This document shows positions 18,695-26,867 of a DNA stretch of 36,144 nt, one piece after another. Numbering within the stretch: the stretch's first letter is position 1; the number at the start of each line of letters is the position of its first letter. Position numbers and translations under genes: made by a program. This DNA comes from a virus. Its lineage: Duplodnaviria; Caudoviricetes. The stretch is taken from IMG/VR virus record IMGVR_UViG_3300015050_000775, positions 1 through 36,144 of that record; one strand, 5' to 3'. The notes beneath the pieces are model-generated. The model was not told the origin of the DNA. It worked only from the letters and a program-made list of their open reading frames with translations, and did not search any database.

Positions 18695-19462
18695 TTACTT
18701 TTTTAAGTCAGCGTTTAATTTTTTTACCTGTGTTAAATCCTTCTGAAAACCGCGCTCATCCTTCCGGGCCAGTAATTCAGTATAAATATTTATCAATGGT
18801 GTTTTCTCGTACTTCTTAATTGCCTCCTCTGACGGATCCCCGCCGGTAAACATGCGCACCACATTGTAAATACCGTATTTATTGAACCGGTTAACGCCTG
18901 CCGCTTGCTCCTCAATGTCAACCTCCGTCTCTCCTAATGCCTTAAACGTTTCACAAAACGCATTGATCTGAGTTAACATTAACGCAGCAACCCCAAATAC
19001 TTCCGTACATGCTTTGGCCCCAACCTTCATATCAAAATACACGTCCAACATTTCCGTTGTCCCTGCAAAGGGGCTTTGCGGTGCCTTGCATAGTGCTATT
19101 TTCGTATGCTCAAACCTTATCCAATGGTCGTGCTGTATGTCGTACTCTTTGGTCCTGCCTTCGCTTAACTCTAACGCCCGGTCCTCAATCGCTTTCCTCA
19201 CATCCTTTGGCATGTATCCGGCGTAATCAATGTCCATTGGGTTAAAAATAAACCCGGACACCGTGTTTACGTAATGTAAAAACTCAATGTTGTTGAGTAA
19301 TATATTTATATCAACGCCAGTGTATGCGGCCAATTGCTCAGTCCTGTTGGCGTATGGTCTTTGTAACATAACAAACTGATCCCACGTAAAATCCCTCCAA
19401 CTGTTTGGAATGTGTACGCGCTTCTCTGCGCCTGTAATTGTTTTGTACTTAACTGTTAACAT
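18695..19462 (-). CDS. Hypothetical protein, tail assembly chaperone candidate
   Basis: 255 aa; IPNSWRDFTWDQF start; first gene of tail operon. Confidence 0.45.
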   Translation of the reverse strand: MLTVKYKTITGAEKRVHIPNSWRDFTWDQFVMLQRPYANRTEQLAAYTGVDINILLNNIEFLHYVNTVSGFIFNPMDIDYAGYMPKDVRKAIEDRALELSEGRTKEYDIQHDHWIRFEHTKIALCKAPQSPFAGTTEMLDVYFDMKVGAKACTEVFGVAALMLTQINAFCETFKALGETEVDIEEQAAGVNRFNKYGIYNVVRMFTGGDPSEEAIKKYEKTPLINIYTELLARKDERGFQKDLTQVKKLNADLKK

Positions 19463-19469
19463 TGTTTTG

Positions 19470-19477
19470 CAAATTTA
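19470..19477 (-). promoter_or_regulatory. Bacteroidota-type -7 element for tail operon
   Basis: TAAATTTG 7 nt upstream of ATG at 19462. Confidence 0.5.
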
Positions 19478-19512
19478 TTTGTTATGAATGGGCACGAATT
19501 AAAACGTACCTT

Positions 19513-20721
19513 TTAAAATGCGCCTCCTACTCCCGTACTTCTCTCAACTAAAAACCGCATTGCCGCATACCTTGCCGCGTCAAGTGCATGGTTAAAGTCG
19601 TCAATTGGTTTCTTAGTGTATTTGCCGTCCCTGTCCTTCTCCCAACAGTACTTACGCAACTCTGATATGATGTTTACAGACCTGGCCGTTACCAATATTT
19701 TAACCCCTTGCAATAATTGTATCCCGTATTTTAACGAGTCCGCCCCCTTCTCAACTCCAATAACATCCATGCCCAGTAATTGCAACTCCCGTATTGTTTT
19801 TGGCTCTGCACTATCTGCGGATGTTTGCCCCGGGTTGCTTTTTGTTTGGTTGTAAATCTGTGCATTTACTAAACCGGTTTGATATAACAACTCGTCCAAT
19901 ACAACACAATCGTTGTACTTGTAAAATGCAACCTGTGCCGTGGGATCTGACGTAAACCCAAAGTCCATACCGTTACCCAGTAACCTGGCCTCCTTTGGTA
20001 TGTTGTCAATAATTTCCCAATCCGTGTACACTGCACCCTGTAACGTTCCAATCTCTCCGTCAATGTAAACCCTGCACCAGTTGCGCCAGTACTCTGACTT
20101 TATGTTTGAGGGGTCCGCATGGTCCCCGTCCGGGTCGTAAAACGCCTTACTCAGTTTAATGTGCAGCTCACTTAAAATATTGTCCGGCAGGCATTCGTTG
20201 TCCGTGTACTTCAGTAACAAAAACTCTGAGTCCTCCGGGTTGCTTAATATTTCAGTGTGTGCCCAAAACTCTGACGTTGGGTTAAAGTCAATGTAAATAA
20301 AATCAACTGTCCGTATAATCAACGCGTCCGCTATCTCATACGAAATATACGGAGCCTCATTGATAAATAATACGTCACGCTTTCCGGCCTGTTGTGCTTT
20401 ACCCACTGAGTCAAACGCCGAAAACTCAATACGAGTCCCTGAGTGAAAAGTATAATGTAATTCGGTTGCATTCCACCGTGCATCATTCCACCGGCCACTG
20501 TCCCGCATCATATTTTTAAAGTCCTTTATTGCTCCCTTACGCAATGACGGTATGGTTTGCGCTGTGACTGTTACCAGTTTGTTTTTATTCTTTGTGGCAT
20601 AGTCAGCAAGGACCGGCAATATGCCGTATGTTTTACCTGCCCAGGTTCCACCCTGTACAACGCGCTTCCGTTTGGTCATGCGCCGGAGTTTCCGTATTGC
20701 TGTTGTCTGTATAAATGCCAT
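19513..20721 (-). CDS. terL: Terminase large subunit (PBSX/SPP1-like)
   Basis: Walker A QGGTWAGKT, Walker B LFINEA, DFNP, nuclease GMDFGFTSDP, ADSAEP, DDFNHALDAARYA. Confidence 0.96.
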   Translation of the reverse strand: MAFIQTTAIRKLRRMTKRKRVVQGGTWAGKTYGILPVLADYATKNKNKLVTVTAQTIPSLRKGAIKDFKNMMRDSGRWNDARWNATELHYTFHSGTRIEFSAFDSVGKAQQAGKRDVLFINEAPYISYEIADALIIRTVDFIYIDFNPTSEFWAHTEILSNPEDSEFLLLKYTDNECLPDNILSELHIKLSKAFYDPDGDHADPSNIKSEYWRNWCRVYIDGEIGTLQGAVYTDWEIIDNIPKEARLLGNGMDFGFTSDPTAQVAFYKYNDCVVLDELLYQTGLVNAQIYNQTKSNPGQTSADSAEPKTIRELQLLGMDVIGVEKGADSLKYGIQLLQGVKILVTARSVNIISELRKYCWEKDRDGKYTKKPIDDFNHALDAARYAAMRFLVERSTGVGGAF

Positions 20722-20888
20722 TAAAATTGAGTCCCGTTGTATTCCTGTTGAGTCCTTAAAAATGGGTCGTCCGTATTTCCGGTCCTTCTTATCTCTGAGG
20801 CATAGACACTACAAAGCCCCTTGTATGGCCTTTTGCTCCAACGCCTTGCTCTGCCCCTGTAATATGTCATTTGTCTAACTGTCCTCAT
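20721..20888 (-). CDS. 55-aa basic hypothetical protein, not in ORF track
   Basis: MRTVRQMTYYRGRARRWSKRPY...; ATGA overlap upstream and TAATG overlap with terL. Confidence 0.65.
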   Translation of the reverse strand: MRTVRQMTYYRGRARRWSKRPYKGLCSVYASEIRRTGNTDDPFLRTQQEYNGTQF

Positions 20889-21064
20889 ACTTCCCAAAAT
20901 ATATCATTATACATACCAACAACTATTGTATCCCGGGCCAATAGCCGTGCCCTTTGAAAATGTACGGTCCGGTTTTGCAATGGTGTAAAATCCCTCATTA
21001 TTGACAATAAGTTACACCCTGTAATTTTTGATCCAATTATAAACGCAACCTTTGGTTTACTCAT
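20885..21064 (-). CDS. 59-aa hypothetical protein, not in ORF track
   Basis: MSKPKVAFIIGSKITGCNLL...; overlaps both neighbours. Confidence 0.65.
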   Translation of the reverse strand: MSKPKVAFIIGSKITGCNLLSIMRDFTPLQNRTVHFQRARLLARDTIVVGMYNDIFWEV

Positions 21065-21242
21065 GTTGTTTCTCCCGCCTTGTATTAAGTGGTCCTAAAA
21101 ATAATGCTGCACAGAATATAAACACCGCAGCAACATGCGCCTCCATTCCTAATAATGGCTCAATGGCCCAACATACTAACCATAACAGTAAAAATAATAC
21201 TGCTTGTACTGCTAATATTTTAAACGCTTTTAATGGTCTCAT
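21057..21242 (-). CDS. Small 2-TM membrane protein
   Basis: 61 aa, two hydrophobic helices; ATGA coupling. Confidence 0.7.
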   Translation of the reverse strand: MRPLKAFKILAVQAVLFLLLWLVCWAIEPLLGMEAHVAAVFIFCAALFLGPLNTRREKQHE

Positions 21243-21775
21243 GGCTTTACTATTGAGTCGTATTGATCCAGTGGAATAATATAATACTTGTTTAACTCGT
21301 AACTTATGTTTGAGTAAACCGTTGCCCTGTTGCGTCCTTGTGATCCGTCAGGCATGTATACCACTGCGCCACGCATTCCGTAAACAAACTTATAACCGCG
21401 TACACTTGAAAACTCCACACTTGTAAATATGTGCGCGCTGTCTTCGTCCGGTCCTTGGTCTTTTGGTTTACTGCATCCGCATACTACTGCAATGACTGTT
21501 GCCCAAAACAGAAACACAAACACCCACAAAAAAAATTGCTCCTTTCTGTTTGGTCTAAGGTCCGGGGCTTCCCCCTCAACCTCCCTGTTTGATACTGCAA
21601 CCATGGCCGCACCCTTCGCCGCCTCTTCCGTTTCCCAATACTCATGCGCACAACCTCCGTTGTAAATAACATCATACCGGCCGTGTGTGCCTGGCTTTCC
21701 CATTTCAACAGCAAACCCGTGCCAATTATTTTGGGCCGGGTTAAAGTGAGCTGCAACTACAATTTTACTTTTCAT
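21239..21775 (-). CDS. Membrane protein with internal TM and lipobox-like Cys
   Basis: FFLWVFVFLFWATVIAVVCGC-SKPKD. Confidence 0.65.
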   Translation of the reverse strand: MKSKIVVAAHFNPAQNNWHGFAVEMGKPGTHGRYDVIYNGGCAHEYWETEEAAKGAAMVAVSNREVEGEAPDLRPNRKEQFFLWVFVFLFWATVIAVVCGCSKPKDQGPDEDSAHIFTSVEFSSVRGYKFVYGMRGAVVYMPDGSQGRNRATVYSNISYELNKYYIIPLDQYDSIVKP

Positions 21776-21788
21776 TTTATACCTCCTA

Positions 21789-22262
21789 TTAATAGTGATT
21801 TACTGTTACTTCATAACCAAATTTAAACTCTCCCAAATCTTTGGGCGTGTCAAACGTTACGGTCATTGTGATAATACGCACCGCTTCCGGCGTGTTAAAC
21901 TTATACCATGCCTCCATAAATCCCGGTCTCTCTGTGTCTCTTATTACGGATATGTTTGCAAGTATCCACGCCTCCGAATGGTCAATAAAACCCTTTGCCG
22001 TTAGTGCGTCATAAAATAATTGGTCCTGCGCTTTAACAACCTTGCGCATGTGATCCCCAATAATATCCTCAACCATGCTGCCGCGCTCGTTGTGCTTTGC
22101 TTTTAAATAAGTATCCAACCCAATTACTCCCGGGCTGTGTGCTAACTTACATTCCGGCCCTCTTAGTTCCGGCAATCCTTCGCACCCCTTTGTAACCCTT
22201 GCGGCCGGTGGCGGTAATATTTCCTCCCGTTTAATTGTTGGATACGGTTTGTGGTGTATCAT
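21789..22262 (-). CDS. Hypothetical protein (start uncertain, 22262 or 22322)
   Basis: Minus-strand ORF in tight gene run. Confidence 0.6.
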   Translation of the reverse strand: MIHHKPYPTIKREEILPPPAARVTKGCEGLPELRGPECKLAHSPGVIGLDTYLKAKHNERGSMVEDIIGDHMRKVVKAQDQLFYDALTAKGFIDHSEAWILANISVIRDTERPGFMEAWYKFNTPEAVRIITMTVTFDTPKDLGEFKFGYEVTVNHY

Positions 22263-22515
22263 TTTTATCCTCCTTAAATTTTTTAATCGTACATCTTGCT
22301 GCGGCTTTCCTTCCGTCTGCATTCATTGTTGCCGTAAGCCATTCGACGCCAACCCTTGTAATACTGTCCCTCCTTATTGGCTTAGTGTCAAAAAACATTG
22401 TTGCGAAAACCTGGCAAGTCTTACGGCATCCCAATAATACAACAGCCTTATACCAACCCGGACCACTTGACGACCTGGCCGCTATAACCTTAAACTCTTC
22501 TGTGCTGTCAATCAT
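22231..22515 (-). CDS. Hypothetical protein
   Basis: 94 aa; ATGA overlap with upstream gene. Confidence 0.6.
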   Translation of the reverse strand: MIDSTEEFKVIAARSSSGPGWYKAVVLLGCRKTCQVFATMFFDTKPIRRDSITRVGVEWLTATMNADGRKAAARCTIKKFKEDKNDTPQTVSNN

Positions 22516-22739
22516 TTTTTCGCCTCCTCTCTTATGGTCCGATATTCTAAAACTGTATACCTGCGCGACTGTCCCGCCCTGCTGTAATGTGTTTTCGTTA
22601 TTCTCTCAACCTCCTGCACTTGTTTGTAACACTCCAACCAAACAACAACGTAACTGTCGTGTATCCTGTGTGGTGTCCATGCAAAACGTTTCCGGGTTCT
22701 GCGTTGCCCCTCTTTTAATTGTTTATCTTCCCATTTCAT
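22512..22739 (-). CDS. Hypothetical protein
   Basis: 75 aa; RKRFAWTP...VWLE pattern seen in small phage proteins. Confidence 0.65.
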   Translation of the reverse strand: MKWEDKQLKEGQRRTRKRFAWTPHRIHDSYVVVWLECYKQVQEVERITKTHYSRAGQSRRYTVLEYRTIREEAKK

Positions 22740-22742
22740 TTT

Positions 22743-23252
22743 TTATCTGTGTTGTTGCACCCGCACCCGGGTTGGTTTAATTGCCTTGGTTGTATACTTG
22801 TTGTTGCGGCCTTTTACGCTTCCGTATCCTATTGTCGTCCTCAATTCCTTTTGCTCCTCTTCGTATGCGTCATACGGCCGCTCACATGCTTTTAAAATCA
22901 ACTCCTTTAAATCCGGCATTGGTAATGTTGCCTCCTGGATCTTCTTTGCCATGTCTTCCATTTCCTCCGTAAACAATGTTTGATACATTCCAAACGCCTG
23001 CATTGCCTTTATAAAGTCGTCACGCTTTGGAGCCGGTAAAAATAAAACAATCTCTCCCTTGAATTGGTCCGGCGGTATCCGGTCAATGAGTTGTTTGTTT
23101 GGACGCATGGTTAAACTGGCCTCCTGCATAACCTCAACCCTGGCCGGTAATGGTTGCAACTCCTCAACCAATTGTTTGACTGCGGCCATTATCTCATGCG
23201 ACTGCGCAATTGATATATCCAACCCGCTTATAAATATTTTTACCTCGTTCAT
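22743..23252 (-). CDS. Hypothetical protein
   Basis: 169 aa ORF in tight gene run. Confidence 0.65.
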   Translation of the reverse strand: MNEVKIFISGLDISIAQSHEIMAAVKQLVEELQPLPARVEVMQEASLTMRPNKQLIDRIPPDQFKGEIVLFLPAPKRDDFIKAMQAFGMYQTLFTEEMEDMAKKIQEATLPMPDLKELILKACERPYDAYEEEQKELRTTIGYGSVKGRNNKYTTKAIKPTRVRVQQHR

Positions 23253-23395
23253 TTCCGGCGTTTCTTTTTAGGCGGTGTATAATTCGTTGGTTTGCGTCTG
23301 TGCTTTGTAAACTCGTCGTCAATGTTAAACCCGGCCGTCACTGTTACCCTAACACGTTTTCCGCTTGGTAACGTCTTCTCTATTGTGTTTTGCAT
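23249..23395 (-). CDS. 48-aa basic hypothetical protein, not in ORF track
   Basis: MQNTIEKTLPSGKRVRVTV...PPKKKRRK; ATGA overlap with next gene. Confidence 0.6.
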   Translation of the reverse strand: MQNTIEKTLPSGKRVRVTVTAGFNIDDEFTKHRRKPTNYTPPKKKRRK

Positions 23396-23451
23396 ATCTT
23401 AATTTGTTAACCCCTCAATGTTTATAGCCCCTTAAAAGCCCCTTTAGTGTC

Positions 23452-23658
23452 TCAATTAAGAGGCAATACTATTATGACTTTGTAATAATCCGGGGACAAA
23501 AAGTGCCCTGTATTGTTGCTCCACATTTCAATTGTTACCTGTTGGTGGCAGTAAAACCCCGGCGCGTGTAGCGTGTACACATCCCCGGAGTATCCGCGCA
23601 GTTTCTCCAACCTCTTCAGGCGGTCGCGCTCATGGTTTAAATAATCTTCCCAACCCAT
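23452..23658 (-). CDS. 68-aa hypothetical protein
   Basis: Start re-called at MGWEDYL, 4 nt after the terS stop. Confidence 0.5.
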   Translation of the reverse strand: MGWEDYLNHERDRLKRLEKLRGYSGDVYTLHAPGFYCHQQVTIEMWSNNTGHFLSPDYYKVIIVLPLN

Positions 23659-23662
23659 AACA

Positions 23663-24547
23663 CTAATCAAAAAACGGTTGCTCAATGTGTGTCCGCTCCA
23701 CCTTATCCGCAATACCTGCAACCCTTGCCGTGAATGCAGGATTAAAAAAACTTAGTGATCCGCCAATAATAAAACGCTCCTGTATTTCGTCCTCTATGCG
23801 CGTACAGATAGTCAAAAATTCAGGGTACAGCGCACTGTTGTTGTCAAAATACTGGTGGATTATTCCATGTGTAGGATATACAAAACGCTTGAAACCTTGC
23901 ATGGTGTATGGCAATATCTGCGCGTCGGTCTTCCTGTCTCCGTCCTTGCCCACGTACTGTACGCGTTTCCATTCCTGGTTTTGCTCTGTCTGCACATAGG
24001 TTTTGTATCTCTCCCAAAGTACGCCTAACTCTTCCGGTCCGCTCAAATTACGTGGTGCCCCTGCGTTGCTTTTTTCCGGTTCTGTTTTTGCCTCCGGCTT
24101 TTTTAATTCAATTGGCGGGTGGTTCGACTTTCCGGTTGACGAGTTGTTTTTATACTGGATCTCAATTACGCCCTCCGCTTGCAACCTGAGTAAATCCGCG
24201 TCCGTTAAATAGTCGCAACAGTCCCCAACCTCTCCGTAATACTTGCCCTGTTGGTAAACTAAATCGTGTCTGCGGTTTTTAATTGGGTAACTGGTGTCCA
24301 AATCAACGCGCGTGTTTTTGCTGACCGGGTAAACAAAACTCCCTTTGTTTTTTTGTATGGCTTTTAGTTGACGTATGCCCAACATAACCGCCGGTCTCTT
24401 CGTTTCCTTACGCACCACGGCCCGCGCCGGTTTTTTCTTTACCGGTACGGGCTTCTTTGGTGCTGCTTTCTTTTTAGTGAGCTGCGGTTTTACTGCTGCC
24501 TTTTTTGCGGCCGGTTTCTTTTTGAGTTGGGTTTTCTTGGTTGCCAT
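23663..24547 (-). CDS. terS: Terminase small subunit (P22 gp3-like) with histone-H1-like N-terminal tail
   Basis: C-terminal GAPR...PEEL...YK, PYTMQGF, TRIEDEI, GG...FNPAF.AR..G.ADKVE; N-terminal K/A/P repeats. Confidence 0.8.
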   Translation of the reverse strand: MATKKTQLKKKPAAKKAAVKPQLTKKKAAPKKPVPVKKKPARAVVRKETKRPAVMLGIRQLKAIQKNKGSFVYPVSKNTRVDLDTSYPIKNRRHDLVYQQGKYYGEVGDCCDYLTDADLLRLQAEGVIEIQYKNNSSTGKSNHPPIELKKPEAKTEPEKSNAGAPRNLSGPEELGVLWERYKTYVQTEQNQEWKRVQYVGKDGDRKTDAQILPYTMQGFKRFVYPTHGIIHQYFDNNSALYPEFLTICTRIEDEIQERFIIGGSLSFFNPAFTARVAGIADKVERTHIEQPFFD

Positions 24548-24551
24548 GTTT

Positions 24552-24559
24552 CAAATGTA
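24552..24559 (-). promoter_or_regulatory. Bacteroidota-type -7 element directly before terS
   Basis: TACATTTG-AAAC-ATG. Confidence 0.6.
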
Positions 24560-24571
24560 ACAAAAAGGTAC

Positions 24572-24946
24572 TTATTTTTTCACGTCGTTAATTTCTTTTA
24601 TCAACTCCGCGCTGCGTCCTTCTATTTCCTGCAATGCTAAATGTGCTTTGCGCCTAAACTTGTTAAACGCCTCCGTATTATGCTCTGCGTGCGCGTGTCC
24701 CATTCCTACAACGTAAACGTAAAAGTCGTGCCCACGTCCAAATAAAATGTTGTCTTTTGGCGTTCCGTCGTTGTATCTTGGTATTATTTCGCATTGGTTC
24801 CCGCATGCACATGTAACCCAACTCCCTGCCATTACTCCCGCCTCCTGCATCTCTGTTAATGTATGCTGTACTATTTCCTTATTCAAAAAACTATTCCAGT
24901 CAAATGCGGGCGCGCCTTTACTTTTTGCGTATGTTATTTGGTCCAT
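24572..24946 (-). CDS. Hypothetical protein
   Basis: 124 aa; W.TCACG motif. Confidence 0.7.
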   Translation of the reverse strand: MDQITYAKSKGAPAFDWNSFLNKEIVQHTLTEMQEAGVMAGSWVTCACGNQCEIIPRYNDGTPKDNILFGRGHDFYVYVVGMGHAHAEHNTEAFNKFRRKAHLALQEIEGRSAELIKEINDVKK

Positions 24947-24952
24947 GGTGTT

Positions 24953-25246
24953 TTACATTTTAGTGATTGACAAACAAACGTAACCAGGTCTCAACCCCTC
25001 CGGAAAGTCTAACACATGGTCAACCCTTACAAATACATCCGCACCCGTGTAAACCCCTGCCCCAATCCTTCTGCTAAACTCTCTTAAATGCAAAATTTGC
25101 CCAACCTTAAACTGGCGGTCGTTGTTGCGTATCTCGCAACTCTTTTTGCCTAACACAACATCCCTGAAGTGCTGCGGATCTGTTTTTAACTCGTGTACTG
25201 TTACCGTTTCCTGTGGCGTACTCCGGCCCTCTTTTGTTTTGTTCAT
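24953..25246 (-). CDS. ASCH/PUA-like (DUF3850-like) protein
   Basis: HELKTDPQHF..V..GKKSCEIRNNDRQFKVGQILHLREF...YTG. Confidence 0.88.
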   Translation of the reverse strand: MNKTKEGRSTPQETVTVHELKTDPQHFRDVVLGKKSCEIRNNDRQFKVGQILHLREFSRRIGAGVYTGADVFVRVDHVLDFPEGLRPGYVCLSITKM

Positions 25247-25452
25247 ATCGTTTCAATTATTTTGCCCCTTATTGGTAAACGCCCAACGTCTTCCAGGTTA
25301 ACAGGTGCATGGTTAAATATCCAACGGCGGGCCACTGGTGTAAAATTACCCTCAACGTGTATCCCTATCAACTCCCCGCTCTCAAATGAGTATACAATTT
25401 CCCCGTCCAATCCCGGTGCGGTTAACTTGTGTGTCTCTATTCCTTCAGGCAT
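25243..25452 (-). CDS. Hypothetical protein
   Basis: 69 aa; coupled to neighbours. Confidence 0.65.
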   Translation of the reverse strand: MPEGIETHKLTAPGLDGEIVYSFESGELIGIHVEGNFTPVARRWIFNHAPVNLEDVGRLPIRGKIIETI

Positions 25453-25453
25453 A

Positions 25454-25759
25454 TTAAATTATTGTACCCGGATCTGTGTTTATTTCCGGCCGTTCCTCTT
25501 CCACGTTTTCCGTTGTAACGTTTCCGTATATTACATCCTCCATGGCCTTCATAAATACCGGGATCAATCCCCTGTTTTTATTTAGTAACCCTGAAACCAT
25601 TACACATATTTCCCCGTTTGTCCCGTAAATATTGCCCGTTAATATATCCGCTTGTTTCATTGACAAAGCCAATACCGGTACCTCTTTTTTTACCATTTGT
25701 TTTGCAACGTCGGCCAATAAGTCCGTCAACTCTTCTTTTGTTAAATTTGATATGTCCAT
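25454..25759 (-). CDS. Hypothetical protein
   Basis: 101 aa; A-rich start context. Confidence 0.65.
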   Translation of the reverse strand: MDISNLTKEELTDLLADVAKQMVKKEVPVLALSMKQADILTGNIYGTNGEICVMVSGLLNKNRGLIPVFMKAMEDVIYGNVTTENVEEERPEINTDPGTII

Positions 25760-25774
25760 TTGTTTTAATGATTA

Positions 25775-25803
25775 AACACCGGGCGCATTTCGTCCCGGTG
25801 TTA
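25775..25803 (-). terminator. Intergenic hairpin, possible weak terminator
   Basis: AACACCGGG-N10-CCCGGTGTT; short U tract. Confidence 0.5.
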
Positions 25804-25815
25804 TGTGATAAATTA

Positions 25816-26829
25816 TTAACTTAAAAACGGTGCAACCTCCCAGTCTTCCGCTAACTGGTCCTCATGTGATATGCCCCAGTTTACCACAACCTCCCCGCCA
25901 CTTTTTGCGCATAGTACTGGTAATTTTGTTTCACATCCTGCAACGCCTGACCGAAAGCATACAACCGGTATGCCGTTAATTTCCTCTGCTGTTGGTTGTG
26001 CCTCAACGTCTCGTAACCCGGGTTCCATGTATACAACAAATTGTTTATTCCACGCCGCCCGCCTTACTGCCTTTCCCGCTTTCGCCTGGTCCATTGCTGC
26101 GCCAATATTTAACCCTGTACTCGTCTCCGGCCCTTTACGGTGTACCCGTGCGCTGTCGTCAATCTCTGCCGCCGGAGCTGCTGCCGGTTCCTGTTCTGTG
26201 TTTCGCATTGCTTTTACTTTCGCTAACTCCTCGTCATGGTATTTATTAATGCTTTCCACTGAGTCCTTAAACACCTCTGCCATTTCTTTTACAATGTTTT
26301 CCCATTGGCGTACATCTGCCTCCGCTTTAAATGCTGCTGCGTATGGATTAAAACCGTCAACGTATCTGTGTGGTTGTTGTGGCGGGTTTCTCATTTTTGG
26401 CACGTCAAACCCGCGCGCGTGTTCTGCTTTTATTGCCTCCTCCAATTGCGCTACCGCCTCGCGGTTGCCATTAAAGAACACACGGCAGTTTTTTGGTAAT
26501 CTCGTGATCCTGTACGCCAACTCATTTAACATTTTTATTGTCAACGGCTCTGTTGCTGTGTGGTGTAACTCAACAACTAACCGGTGCATTTTTCCCGGGT
26601 TGTTTTTGCAATCCGCGTGAGCCGCCAACAATGCTGTTGTTAGTCCCTTTAACGCTTCCGTGTTTTGCAACTTTGTTTTAAATTGTTCTGCTGCCGCTTT
26701 TTTGCGCTCCTCTTCCTTGTTTCTCTCGTGTGTCTTTTGATCTCTCCATACATTCATAATGCCCGTCACGAATGGAGCCAAAACGCCCAATCCAATGATA
26801 ATTGAAATAAATAAAAGTACTGTTTCCAT
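25816..26829 (-). CDS. N-terminal TM/coiled-coil protein with C-terminal DUF2829 (Tad2-like) domain
   Basis: LNIGAAMDQAKAGKAVRRAAWN...NWGISHEDQLAEDWEV matches the F..A....K.G..V.R.GWN / W..S..D.LA.DW signature. Confidence 0.8.
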   Translation of the reverse strand: METVLLFISIIIGLGVLAPFVTGIMNVWRDQKTHERNKEEERKKAAAEQFKTKLQNTEALKGLTTALLAAHADCKNNPGKMHRLVVELHHTATEPLTIKMLNELAYRITRLPKNCRVFFNGNREAVAQLEEAIKAEHARGFDVPKMRNPPQQPHRYVDGFNPYAAAFKAEADVRQWENIVKEMAEVFKDSVESINKYHDEELAKVKAMRNTEQEPAAAPAAEIDDSARVHRKGPETSTGLNIGAAMDQAKAGKAVRRAAWNKQFVVYMEPGLRDVEAQPTAEEINGIPVVCFRSGVAGCETKLPVLCAKSGGEVVVNWGISHEDQLAEDWEVAPFLS

Positions 26830-26867
26830 TTTTGTTTTTATTAAGTTGTTGTTAAATGTTTGTCCTT

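Noticed and set aside
18695-19462. Programmed frameshift in tail chaperone
   Set aside because: No convincing slippery site with an extended alternative frame identified, and the gene is not next to the tape measure
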